DNA of 64,000 bases, taken from Hamiltosporidium tvaerminnensis FI-OER-3-3. Lineage: Eukaryota; Fungi; Microsporidia. The position numbers and the translations under genes are program-made. Shown here in pieces: positions 26,706-39,359 of this stretch (position 1 is the stretch's first letter; each line of letters begins with the position of its first letter). Below the pieces are notes generated by a model. That model did no database searches. It was not told the DNA's origin and saw only the letters and a program-made list of their open reading frames with translations. Where the stretch lies: positions 806,001 to 870,000 of the forward strand of contig JAKIMF020000011.1 in NCBI GenBank assembly GCA_022605425.2, in the 5' to 3' direction.

Positions 26706-29700
26706 GTAATATTTAATTTACGTCGATAGGTAATCTTCCCTTTTTTAAAATTTATCAGAACGCGAAACCTATCTGTGTGATTTACCATAGATTTTATCTT
26801 TAAATTTTAAATCAAAAATTATTGAGAAAGTTAATATCTATACTGGGAAAATCTGCGTGGATTAAATTTATTTTAAGCTGATTAATAATCAAAGCAGTGA
26901 AATTTTGTTATTATGTAAAATTTAACCGAAATTTAAGTTAATTCGATGGCAAAACCGCATTAACATAATAAACAGAGAATTTAAATAGGCATTAAAAGCC
27001 AATAAAGTATGCTATACTTAGAGTAGTATTGGCCTCCAAAAAATAATTTTCTTTTTGATGGTATAAGGGTTTAAATGCCTTAAAACCCGAGAAAAAAAAA
27101 CTAAGTATGAAATTTAAATATATTCTCCAAATATTTTGCTATTTTTTCTTCCTAATTATTGCGAATCTTTTATGATTAAACTATAAATAAATTATATCAG
27201 TCATTAAATCGTATTAATTTACCAATATTCGAATATGATTTAATTGCCTACATTCAAATGTATATTTTGCATGCTAAGAGTTATTTCAATTCTTTTTTTT
27301 GCTATTTTAGAAATTATATTTATACTTGCCATAATGGCGGTTTAATATAAACATATATGTGCAACCAAACATAAATCCCTTTTCTCTTTCACATATATAA
27401 ACAAAGACGATTTTCTCCAAAAATATGCCTTCTACGAATTATTTGGGTAAATTTCAGAAAATTTCCTGTAAAAATTATATTATATAGCGAAAATGTTAAT
27501 ATTTTAACATAAATTAACTCTTATGATTTCTCTTTTGCAATTTATTCCGAAAATGGGATTATTTCACCAAAAAATATCATATGATACTATCATGTTTATA
27601 TAATTACAGAGCAAAAACGTTATTTAAATCTTGATGATATGTTTTAAACTATATATGGGTAATAAACGAATTTAAAATAAAAAAAACAGAAAGATATAAA
27701 GTTTATAAAAAAGATACACGAGGTATAAATTTTTAAGGTAGGAAAAAGTACTTCTATTCTATTTCCTTTGCCTTTTTAAATTATAAATCCTAGTTGTAAC
27801 TTATACATCGTAATAATTTTGAAAACTGATGTTTGCACTGATTTATACTGTATTCTTACACCGATGTCACTTTCTTGGCTCGAGGCCTTAAGACATCTTA
27901 ACTTTTGATACAAAAATCAGATATAACCATAACATTCTAAAGAGAAATTATATTTGCTTCACGCTCTATATCTGTCTAGTTGATTTTTAGAGAGAATGTA
28001 CTTTCTCTATTATGTTTGAGAGCTACAAAATACAGCAAAATACACAATTGGCCAAAAATAGATTCTAAGGTATTAAATGAGTGTTTAGCAACACCTTTTA
28101 TATATGTATGCTGGATAAGCAACAAAGAAGAGCGATATAGAGTAGCAAACTTTTAGTGGGTAGATATTAAGGAACTATGTACTCTCATATAATAATCGTA
28201 TAAGTAATATTATGTGAAATGTGAGAAATTTGAAGCAAAACTCTTACAGATAACAGTATACATATAAACATATTCAAAACTCTTCAAATAAAATCCTAGG
28301 TTTATTTATCTTTTGGTGGTTTTTTTTGCAAAATCTAACGTAGTTAAAAAAAAACTTTAAACATTGTTTAAGGAAATATAGTTAGCTAAATGGGAAAGGA
28401 AATAATCGAACTACCTGGATGGAAAACATAGAAAAGAGATTTTTTGTATTTTATCAAATATCTTTCTGAAAAGAGTTTTATTGGATTAAAGACCTCCGCA
28501 TCTGGGACAAATGCCTTTAAAACATTTCACCATACAATTAAAATAGATCAGAGAATATCTTGAGAGAATAAAAATTCAAATAAACAATTTAAGAGTTTTC
28601 TAAAAACTGCACTTTATAGTATATGCATATGTAAATGAAATTTAGAAGTATGAAAAGAATTCGAATTATTTTATGTCAGATTATATCTTATGTATCTTAG
28701 CATATTGAATAAAAGAATATAGCTTAAGATTATACAGTTTTATTTTAAATTCTTAATGAGAAATTAGAAAAAAAACGATTTGTAAGATGAGTATTAGATA
28801 CATATATGCTGATGGTTTCATTATATTTTTCCATCAAATGAGATGCATAAAAAACTCGAATGGACAACCTTTCTTATTTTCATAGAAATTATTTTTTGCA
28901 AAATATTTTAAAGATATTGTAAATTTTAAAAAAAAGACTTGATAATTATTTCAACGCATAATTATAAAAAAATGCAAAGAGCATGTCAATATAAGCTAAG
29001 ACTCGGACAGATCACGTGCATTTAGAACTTTGATCATTTAAAAAAATTGCTGATTTTGAGTTTGTTCAAATGGAAACGGATAATTTGAGTTTGGCATCTT
29101 AAAACGATTTAAAGAAGTAAAAGGTTGTAAAGAGGCAGAATAAACCTTAAAGTGTTGTATAACTGAAGAATTTGGTAGCATTTTTTTAAAAAATACATTT
29201 ATGTGAAAAAAATATATTATCAAATCTATAGACTTATAAAAGCATTGAAAAGCCAACTTCTTTAATAAATCTTTAAATTTTTTTTGAGCAAAAATAAATA
29301 AATAATAACAAATTTATAAACATTATCTCAAGGAATATGAAAATATGCCTCTAAATTGAAAATTGTGTTGTGAGATACTTTGTCAATTTTTCTAGCTGTT
29401 GTATACTATGAATCTGGTGAACCAATAGCGTAATGATTAATATAAAATTTAAATACATAATGCTGTCCGATCTCAACACAACAAATTATCTATTATTCAT
29501 GTATACTATAAAGTACCTGAAATTCGAAAAAATAAGATTGGCAGTTATGTTTGGAGAATTGACGCAGTTTAATTTATATATACGTGTATATAATTAAAAT
29601 GGAAAGCCACAATAATTACATCCTTTCAATCTAATTCTACATTTTTATAAGATTAACGAGATTCTAAATATTGTGAAATTAAGCAAAGTGGCAAAATAAA

Positions 29701-32526
29701 TCAACATTTGTTTATAAAAAGAAGTTAAGATCAAAATGATATCATCGGCGTTAAAACTTCATCGCATCAAATTAAATGGATGAAAAATATAATGTGCGAT
29801 TTTGTTATCTAAAAATTTTCGCGGGGTTGACCAAAACCATTTTGCTATTCTGGATAGATTTATGAGGTTTACTATTTTATTCAAATCAGAATCACACCCA
29901 GAGGGAATATAGAAAGCCCTCGTGGTTTGTTAAAAAAAATCCTAGAATATGTTTTAAAGTTATTGTATGCGATATGCGAACTTCTTTGCAGCTCTACTTG
30001 TCTTAGTATGTTATGAAATATCACTAAAAAAGCACCATTTGGTATCTAAAAGAATAGGAGAAGCCCTTAATGTCAGAGTTTAGAATTCTTAAAGTAAAAA
30101 ATATAAAGAGGGTAAGATATATCTCGAGAATATTATAAAAACTCACTTGCAAATTATTACAGTTTAATACAAAAATGGAATATACTTCAACACGATATAA
30201 TTATAGAAGATTGAACTCTTATAATTGTAAATTATTTACTGTGCATAAGTAATTTAAAAAAGTTATTCTCGACCTTTAATTTTGCGTGATATAAAGAATT
30301 AATATTTATTTGGGTTAAGAACGAACGGGATAGACCCGGTTATCTCGTTAAAACCGTAGAGCATTAGCAATACAAATAAAAAAATGCTGTATAGAACTAC
30401 AAAAGACTCCATAATGGGGTATCTTGGGTTACTTTCTACTTTTTTTTATTCGCATTTATATTTAAGTCTAATGAACAAATTAGGGGTACAAATGATCTAA
30501 ATTCTCCATATTACATATTTAGAAACGATTGAAGATGCAAAATATAGTAAAAATATGAAAATTATCCTAAATTCATTTATTTAGATTGGACAATTGGATT
30601 AAGCTTGGCTTGAGGAGATCGGAAACACAAGCCAAATCTTCTATAATCGTTGAAAAAAGAAATAAAAAATAATATTTATTTGCTTTAGATAATCGCTATT
30701 AGATTCTAGAAGAAAATCATATATGAGATAGCTTTATATGGCTTTATTACCCATTACCATAATATTTACTTAATAAGCTACTCTGAGCTCAAGGATAAAC
30801 CAATTATAACATTTAATGATAGGTAAAAATACTACAAGACTTTTTTGATTAAGAAAAAAAATTAACTCAGACCAAATACAGACTTAAAGCCTAAATGATA
30901 CTTCACCGAATGTCGTACAAAGAACTATAAGATGCTTGGTATTCTGTCCTCTTCTTAAAAATATATATCAAAGGAAAAAAATTTCATTTAATAAAGATGC
31001 AAAGTTGAGAACCCTGGATTTCAGAGTATCGAACCACTGACGTAGATCGGTTATAAAATGAAAATAAAGCCGATATCGGAAATAGTATTATACTAGTAAT
31101 TTAGTTAATATGTTCGTTGATACTGATATACAATACCCGACCAGTTTTGCACTATCGATAAATGCAGGCATCATATCATTATCAGAAATCTATAAATTGA
31201 ATTTATTGTTTATAAAATTCGAATTTGGTTCTAATAAAAACAAAATAAAAATTATAAACTTGTTTAAGTTCGGAAATGTGATTCTTATAGGATTATTATA
31301 GAAGCGAGTTAATATAACCAATATAAAAGCTAGGAGTTTAGATCTACAGAAACATATTAACAGGATTTTTATACGTAAAAAGTAAACTTCAAAATGAGTT
31401 TCATATTCAAAGCTAATTTATTCTACTTTTGATCAAATTTAAGGATAAATTTGTTGAAAAATCAAAAAATGGTATTAAGAATGAATTTTAGAACAATTTT
31501 TGAAGATTTTCTTATCATAGGAAAAGCAGATTTTTTACCTTATATAGTGTATAGTTATAATCACCGAAAAATCATAAAATTGGTTTTCTCAAACAGGAAA
31601 TTTTAAAAATAATTATATCTTGGGTCATCTTCAAGTAAAAATATTTTGAAGAAAAGAAATATGAAAATGTTTTAAATTATTGGAATTCATATCATTTTAA
31701 GAATATTTTTAGCTTTTGGGCATTAAACTAACATGTATATATAAAACCCAAGGCATTCAAATATATTCTAATGGTTTTTTTAGATGTATTATAGCTGCCC
31801 ATCCAGATTTTATTTTTATTTTTTGAAAAGAAGCGGTCCGTAAAGAAGCAGATGCAACTATAACTTGCTTTGATTTTATAAATTCCAGAGCGAAGAATCT
31901 AAAACAAAAATTTCTATATATTTAAGAATGATATAATACAGGGAAAATAAAAAAAGAAAGAACTACGTTTCTTAAAGCGCACCCATTTTATGTTGAAACA
32001 CTGATACAATGCTTGCATACAATACGGTATTCTTCTATTTAAATACATATTTTTTTATCCAAAATCGATATATATAATATTCTGAGCCGGCTAAATAGCC
32101 AAATGAAGTTTAGGTTTTTTTCGATAGATCCGAGATCGCTATATTTTTTTTGACATTTTCTGGTATTTCCTTTAAATTCTAATGTTTTTATTTATTTTCG
32201 ATTATGATATTATAAATGATAGAGTATATCATCTAAAATCCAAATAATCTAACGAAATGTCTAAATACATTTATTTTCGAATTAAATTATGGATAAATCG
32301 TTTGTTTGACATTTTTTTTATAAATTTAAGGTATAGATATAAAATAGGTTTAAATAATTACTTCACAGCACTGTTTTACTTCAAGATTGCTTTTAGAATT
32401 ATTCTTTTCTCCGATCCTTTCATAAAATATATTTTAATAATTTCGAAAATATTACTTTTCTTTTCTTAAAAAAATTGAAAAATTTAAAAAAATCATAAAT
32501 ATTCACGAAAAAAATACAAAAAAACA

Positions 32527-33321
32527 TTATTTAATAGTTCTTGATTTTTTTAAAATCATAGTGTGAAGCTTATCATTTGCCTTTTTCAGCAATTCTTCTG
32601 GCACACTATGGAAATTAAAATCGTTGAAATAATCTATTAATTTTGCTTGGGTATTTACATTACTTTTCGTAAAGTAACTACACTCAGGGAAATACATGTC
32701 GACATTCTCAATTAGCAAACTCCTATATATACTTGAATTATTGTTGCTCAAGTATATAAACATTCTTCGGAGTTCTGTAAAAAGTTTTCTCTCGTCTTCT
32801 GTAAACGCAAACCTCATATAATACAAAAAGAATTCTATATTTTTACCATTTGGTTTCATAAACATTGCTTTGTGCAATGGATATGCTAGTTCTCTGTGAA
32901 ATAGCCCATCATATACCTTGATAAGGCTAATTAGCAGATTTGCTATTTCCTCTATTTGATATATATCAACTCCGTATTGCTTTATAGTATCTATATATGA
33001 ACGAATTCTATCCTTGTCAAGTAATTTTTCGCGATGAAAAAATATATAGGCAACAGTTGGCTCGCTGTTGACTATACGCTCGATTAATTCGAATATTATA
33101 GGTTCGAGCCTTTTAGATTTTGGAAATTTAATTTGTTGTTTTCCACAACACAGGTTTTTTGCCAAAAAACATTTTATTTTCTTATACCTTGTCTGTTGGT
33201 TTATTTTTTCCATCTTCGTGAGACAATAGTAATAGAGGAACTTTTTTTCATTTGCATTCAACTTCCAATATGGAATTGAGTTCTCCTCTTTTTGTGTCAA
33301 ATTTGCCATGAGATATTTCAT
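32527..33321 (-). CDS. Divergent RhoGAP-like protein
   Basis: 264 aa. PIIFELIERIV...YIFFHR...IEEIANLLISLIKVYDGLF follows the RhoGAP helix pattern (P...C/LI..L...GIFR...D...VA.LLK.FLR....L), but the key residues are altered. Confidence 0.5.
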   Translation of the reverse strand: MKYLMANLTQKEENSIPYWKLNANEKKFLYYYCLTKMEKINQQTRYKKIKCFLAKNLCCGKQQIKFPKSKRLEPIIFELIERIVNSEPTVAYIFFHREKLLDKDRIRSYIDTIKQYGVDIYQIEEIANLLISLIKVYDGLFHRELAYPLHKAMFMKPNGKNIEFFLYYMRFAFTEDERKLFTELRRMFIYLSNNNSSIYRSLLIENVDMYFPECSYFTKSNVNTQAKLIDYFNDFNFHSVPEELLKKANDKLHTMILKKSRTIK

Positions 33322-34196
33322 CTATTTTATGAGACTATTGCTCTATTTATGCTTTTTTTCAAAAACACTTTTTTTTCTATTTCGAAATGCTCCAATTCTA
33401 ATAATTCTATTTTGAATTTCTGTTTTAATATACAGATAATGAGTTAAATAAAATCAATAATACTTTATTTTTCATAAAGTCTTTAAAAGTCTCGGTTTTA
33501 ATGGTATTTCATCTCTATCAAACATAATATGTTTCATATATTATTTCTTTTTACAGGTCTTTCAATGTTTTCGCTTTGAAAAATGATTTTATAATTCACC
33601 AACAATTTATTTTAATCTCTAGATTTTCCCTCTATGTAATTTTTTCGATGTAAAATATTTATAATATCATATAAATAGGTTAAAAATTATGGGAAACGTA
33701 TAAAATTAGAAATTTCTTGAGGATTCGAATAAAATCCGCATATATTTCTATCTATTTATTTTGGCTCGTGATATAAAATTTGTAACCTACTAGTTTTTTC
33801 GATTTATTTTAATAATTACACATATTTTTACTAAAATATTATTGATTGTTGATCTCAATGAAATAATCTAACCTCGAAATCTATTTTAAATTTCTAAATT
33901 AATTCTATAAACATTGAATTATTTGTATTTTAAAAATTTAGAACTGTAATATTTAGAGATTGTCATATTGTAACACTATATGATTGATTAAGAAAATACT
34001 TGAAATACTAAACAGTTAAAAAACTTTAAAATGTTGCACATAAATTACCTTTTCTCGAAATATAGTACAGGATTTGCAGATTATATCATTAAAATATTCT
34101 AAATGAAATGGATCTATAAATTGCAATTAGAGTTAATAAACAAAGAGTTTGATGTATATAACCGGTTTTTTTTCAAACAAAATATTTCCAATAAAT

Positions 34197-34887
34197 ATAT
34201 AACATTTCTTTTTATAAAAAGGCATGTTTTACATCGTTTTCAGAGCATTTACGCGGTTCTGGTTTATGTAGATGACTGATATTACAATACACTACCCGTA
34301 TCTCGATTTATAGCTAATATTAAATATTTTTATTTAAAAGAATTGCAACCCATCAAATGAGCGCATAATTTACTTAGAGTTGGGATTTTATTGTTCAGAG
34401 TGTATTCGCGGACATAAACCACGCTGACCTTCAAACCGTACAAAACCACTTATTATAAACCTTCCAAAGTGGATGTGCATCTGGATAATACATATCGAAC
34501 TTATAAAGTATTTACATAGACGTATAAACAATAACGCACGTGTATAATTTGCTACTTTGCTATCCTTGGGTTTAAAACTCTATTTCTTCGCATCTTTCAG
34601 ATGATAAGTCTTTTAATTCGAGGTCATGCTATGTTTTAATGTTTTAAAATGTAAATCGCCATCATAGGCGTTCGTGGTTTCCAATCTAGCTGTATAAAAA
34701 ACTATAAGCCAATTTGAAGAAAACGGTTCACCGTTTTATAGACTCTCTCCTGCTATTAAAATCACTACGCCAATACCAAAATGTAATCTTGTTTGAACCA
34801 AACCAAAAAAACTACAAATATTTTACACACCAACTTTACTTAATCATTATCAAACTGATTTTCTAATTGTAATTATCAATCCTCCAA
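34197..34887 (-). repeat. Old full-length diverged copy of the ~720-bp element
   Basis: Colinear matches to copy 1: CATTnACGCrGTTCT, GTATAAyyTGCTACTT, TAAGTCTTyTAAyyCGAG, CAATCTrG..ATAAAAAACTA, TTCACCrTTT, ACACCA, TTATC..CCTCCA. Confidence 0.7.
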
Positions 34888-35505
34888 CTCTAATTTTAAA
34901 TAGTAAATTCTTCTTTATTATAAATATTTAAATTATTTTGCTTCATTACTTATTTTGTATTTATCGATAAAAAAATTTTATTCTACTTTGCTACTTTGTA
35001 AAAAAAACTTCAATTTTTATTTAAATAAACACAAAATTACAATAAGTTGTATAAAAGACACTGATCACACTTAATATATCTTACTTACTTCGACATTTTA
35101 AAAAATCAATATACATTTTAATACATCATATTACCTTTTACTAGATCCATCATCTATAAATACCAATCTTTTTATAAGTATAAAAAACCCGTAGTAAAAT
35201 TATTTTAATAAAAAAACGGTAATAAATTTATCTGACCAGCAAATTAAATTCTAGAATTCTTAAAATTACTTTAAAAAAAATATTTTTATAATAAATTTAT
35301 ATCTGTTTTTTAACCAAAAATCAAAATTTGGATAGAAATAGTAAACAATAGATAAATTATAAATGCCTACAAAGTATAAACCTGAATACTAAAAATATTC
35401 AAATACTAATTATGATCTAACATTATTGTATAACCATTTAAAGAACATCAGTTACAAAAAAATTATCGAATACAGTAAAGAAATATTTTCAAGAATAAAA
35501 TCTCT

Positions 35506-36067
35506 TTATTTCTTAAAATATTTTACTAAGAAATCACGAATCTCTTCCTTACTTCTACTCCCATCTACCTCAACAACCTTCCCTTTATTCCTATAATAGT
35601 CAACAACCTCCAAAGTACTTCTCTCATACAATTCCCATCTATTCTCAAATACAATATCACTATCATCACTTCTATTCTCATTTCTTTGAAACACACGCTT
35701 TTTACAAATATCTTTACTCACATTTAAAAATATCACTCCACTAATTTCAATCGTAACAAAAGGTATCTGATACAAATTACGAGGAAATCCATCCAAAATA
35801 ATACCCTTACCTCCTTCAACCTCACCAATCCTACACATCACCATTTCTGCCATAAAAGTGTCACTAATAAATTCACCTTTTTGTATTTTTACAGATATCT
35901 GTCTACCAAATTCTGTGTCTAAAAAATTAGAAAAAAAAATTACCTTTTTTTATTTCGTCTCGTAATATATCTCCACTAGAAATATGATACAAGTTCAGAT
36001 TTATAGATAAAAGTTTACTTTGTGTTCCTTTTCCACTACCAGGAGGCCCTATAATTATCAAATTCAT
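35506..36067 (-). CDS. Adenylate kinase / NMP kinase, short-LID type; two exons (36067-35944 and 35918-35506), 178 aa
   Basis: Exon 1 encodes MNLIIIGPPGSGKGTQ (P-loop) and HISSGDILR. Removing a 25-nt intron restores the frame to ILDGFPRN and RSDD in the listed ORF. Confidence 0.93.
35919..35943 (-). other. 25-nt spliceosomal intron
   Basis: GTAATTTTTTTTTCTAATTTTTTAG: GTAATT donor, CTAAT branch point, TAG acceptor; contains an in-frame stop; its removal restores the ORF. Confidence 0.9.
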
Positions 36068-36371
36068 GGTAAATTTTTTTTACTAATTTTTATTTTTTTT
36101 ATAATTCTTAGAATAGATTATTGTTTTCATAGTTAATAAATTTTTATTTTTTTTACTAAATTTTATATTTTTTTAAAGATCCTTATAAGAGATTTTTACA
36201 TTTTTTTTTACCAATTTCTATATTTTTTACTAATTTTACATTTTTTTTAATAAATTTTTATTTTTTTACAATCCTTATAAGAGATAATTACAAGCAGTTA
36301 TAATTATATAAATTAAAACGAATATAAAAACATAGCATCATATTTTTGAATAAAAATACTCAATTTCTTAA

Positions 36372-36455
36372 GACATCTTGGCCGAGTGGTCTAAGGCGTT
36401 CGACTCAAAATCGAATCTACGGTAGTGGGCGAGGGTTCGAATCCCTCAGATGTCA
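36372..36455 (+). tRNA. tRNA-Leu (anticodon CAA), intronless
   Basis: Acceptor stem GACATCT/AGATGTC plus A; D-arm GCC..GGC; anticodon stem TTCGA/TCGAA with loop CTCAAAA; long variable arm; T-arm GAGGG-TTCGAAT-CCCTC; downstream T5 terminator. Confidence 0.97.
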
Positions 36456-36497
36456 TATTTTTAATATCTTCATATATATTTTAGATTAGAAAAGTAT

Positions 36498-36700
36498 AAT
36501 TTTAAATAAATTATTTTATTATCAACTTATCATTTAAAATTCCTATAATAATAAGATTAAGAAATTTTAAAATAAATTATTTTATTATCAACTTATCATT
36601 TAAAATTCCTATAATAATAAGATTAAGAAATTTTAAATACTTTTTTTTATTCTCAACTATTCATTTAAAATTCCTATAATAATTAACTTAAGAAATTTTA
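36498..36700. repeat. Tandem repeat, ~64-bp unit, about 3 copies
   Basis: TCAACTTATCATTTAAAATTCCTATAATAAT is reiterated three times. Confidence 0.8.
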
Positions 36701-37009
36701 AGAAATAAATCTTAAAATAAATTATTTTTAAAAAAACAAATGAATTTTTCATTATAATTTTCTTCTAAGACTCAAAACACTTTGAACTGTTAAATAATCT
36801 TAGTTATAAAACAATTTAATATTAAAATTTCATTCTATCCCTCCCTAATTTAAATTTTTCAAAGATTAAAATGAAATAATTTATATCCACCAATAATTTA
36901 TATCCCTCAATAATTTATATCCACCAATAATTTAATTCCCCCCCCATTTTAATACAAAAAAATTATTTTAAATTTTCTTATCTTCAAATCACAAGAAGGG
37001 TTAAAAACA

Positions 37010-37561
37010 ATGAAAACACCCCGTTCACGCATAACATTTAAAACACCAAAAAAAAGAAATATAAAGACACCTCTATCACTCAAACAGAGTAGAGAGAGTA
37101 AGGAGAGTAGAGATAATAAGGAGGTGAGAGAGAGTAGAGAGAGTAGAGATACTTCTCTGTCTCTAAAACATAAGGACAATCACACTATACCTACAGAAAA
37201 TAAAAAATTAGATTCTTCTATAATTTCTACAGAAAATACTTTATCTTCTCTTTTAGAGTCGTACAGAGAAGAAAATAAATTTTTAAGAAATTTAAAAAAC
37301 GATTCTTTAATTTTTCAGAGACTGGTTGGTCTTTCTATTAAAGAGGTAGAAGGTAAGTATGAGTGTACACATACTGTTACTGTTAAAGGAGTAACACGTT
37401 ATATTGTATTTTTACTTATTCCTGATACTTCTTCTTATGTTTATAAACCTGTAAGTTCTTGTAATGTTAGTTTGCCTGAGTATTTGAGTGATAGTATTTG
37501 TTTTACTGAAGAACACATACAGATGTTCTTTTTTAAGGTTATGGAGGCTTTAATGTGTTAG
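37010..37561 (+). CDS. Monopolin Csm1/Pcs1-like kinetochore protein (coiled coil plus RWD-like domain)
   Basis: Short coiled coil, then FQRLVGLSI..YECT..FLL..YVYKP..LPEYLSDSICF..IQMFFFKVMEAL, resembling the Csm1 C-terminal LTGL.I..Y.C..F.L..Y.P..LPDYL.E.I.F...FY..V..AL pattern. Three N-terminal KTP sites. Confidence 0.6.
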   Translation: MKTPRSRITFKTPKKRNIKTPLSLKQSRESKESRDNKEVRESRESRDTSLSLKHKDNHTIPTENKKLDSSIISTENTLSSLLESYREENKFLRNLKNDSLIFQRLVGLSIKEVEGKYECTHTVTVKGVTRYIVFLLIPDTSSYVYKPVSSCNVSLPEYLSDSICFTEEHIQMFFFKVMEALMC

Positions 37562-38620
37562 TAGGGTGAGGTAGTGTATGGTAAAGGGGTGTTAGGGATG
37601 TATTAGAGGATATGTTAGAGAAGGGTGTTAGTTATAAAGAGTAATGAACTGTAAGGTAAAGGGGTGTTAGTTATAAGGAGTAATGGTATAATAGTTAAAG
37701 GGGTGTTACTTATAAAGAGTAATATAGAGGGTGTTACTTATAAGGAGTAATGGTATAATAGTTAAAGGGGTGTTACTTATAAGGAGTAATAGTATTGTAG
37801 TTAAAGGGGTGTTAGTTATAAAGAGTAATATAGAGGGTGTTAGTTATAAAGAGGAATAGTTTTGTAGTTAAAGGGGTGTTAGTTATAAGGAGTAAAGGTA
37901 TTGTAAGGTAAAGGGGTGTTACTTATAAGGAGTAATATAGATAGGGTTATATATAGTAGTGATACTTATGTATAGTAAGTAATACAGAAGGTGTTAATAA
38001 TAAAGGTTATATTATAAAGGTTATATTTTAAAGGTTATATAGAGGGTGTTATATTATAGTAAATATATACTAGAGATAAAGGGGTGTTAATAATAAAGGT
38101 TATATTTTAAAGGTTATATAGAGGGTGTTATATTATAGTAAATATATACTAGAGATAAAGGGGTGTTAATAATAAAGGTTATATTATACTTTTATTTTTG
38201 TAAAATATTTTTAAAAAAAAAAAAATTTTAAATTTTTTAACTATAATAGTACTTTACTAATGACCAAAACCAATATTTATTTATATTTTACCTACAACTA
38301 ACACCTATATGTAATAATAATACTTTACTTATAACTAACACCTATATGTATTAATAATACTTTACTTATTACTAAGACCTATAACTAATAATACTTTACT
38401 TATTACTAACACCCTTTAAACACCTTATAATATATACTTATACTAACATCCCTTTAAACACCTTATAATATATACTTATTGATAACACCCTTTATACTTC
38501 TATTACTCTGTAATTATCAATAACACCCTTTATACTACTATAACTCCTATATAACACACCATTAACAAATCTTCTACCAATTACTCCTAAATAACACCCC
38601 TCTATCCATTTACCATACAA
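37562..38620. repeat. Bipartite minisatellite spacer: GGGTGTTA units (37562-38190), then TAACACC units (38290-38620)
   Basis: Direct reading; includes a 79-bp tandem duplication at about 38020-38190. Confidence 0.85.
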
Positions 38621-38828
38621 ATATCTAAAATTTTTGTTTCTTATCGAAGAATAAATAATTTTTCTATTTTCTTATCTTTGTTCCAAGAATACCTGTAAAT
38701 ACACGTTGTTTCATTTAAAATATTCTAATTGTTCAAATCTCTTTCCATTTTAAGAAAAGTAATACAAAAAAAACGTTTCAAAATAAAAAAAAACCTTAAA
38801 TAAAAAGAAAACAACCTCTTTTTAAAAC

Positions 38829-39359
38829 ATGCTATTCTTATTACTGTGCACTGTATACACATTTCCAGCCTATATAAAGATGTACGGCACTGACAAGTAT
38901 ATAGGAAGTCTTGGACGAACAGTACCTAAACTTGTAAACAAAATGGATGCCGATTTCTATGAAATAGACCGTGTAGGCAACTCACTTCTTGAAGTGACAT
39001 TGGAAGCAGTAGAACTTGACAAGGTGTTTGATATAGAAGGTAACAACAAGAGACTTATATATTATCCGTTACACGGATACAACAACCAGCAGTTTCAACT
39101 CTTCTTGGATTATTCTGGTGCATACCGAATCATGAGTAATGGTCTATGTATGGAATATAATGAGTTAGAACTTGCTTTTATGAGAGAAACATGTCGTAAT
39201 GACCGTAATCAGTTGTTTGATATAGAAACACCAGCAGAGTACTATGATTCTGATAGTCGTAATTCTCATTTTGGTAAACCCTTCTTTGCACCACCTACAC
39301 CCGTTGAAAGACTATTGAATGAGTATGGAAAGTATAATCCGTTTAGAAGATTAGGATAA
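38829..39359 (+). CDS. Secreted ricin-B (beta-trefoil) lectin-like protein
   Basis: Short signal peptide MLFLLLCTVYT; VFDIEG...LIYYPLHGYNNQQF; LCMEY...C...NQLF (QxF/W motifs). Confidence 0.8.
   Translation: MLFLLLCTVYTFPAYIKMYGTDKYIGSLGRTVPKLVNKMDADFYEIDRVGNSLLEVTLEAVELDKVFDIEGNNKRLIYYPLHGYNNQQFQLFLDYSGAYRIMSNGLCMEYNELELAFMRETCRNDRNQLFDIETPAEYYDSDSRNSHFGKPFFAPPTPVERLLNEYGKYNPFRRLG

Noticed and set aside
29600-31500. Possible decayed LRR-family gene on the + strand
   Set aside because: Only scattered LxxLD-like fragments (e.g. LRTLDF near 31005); no continuous frame could be reconstructed.
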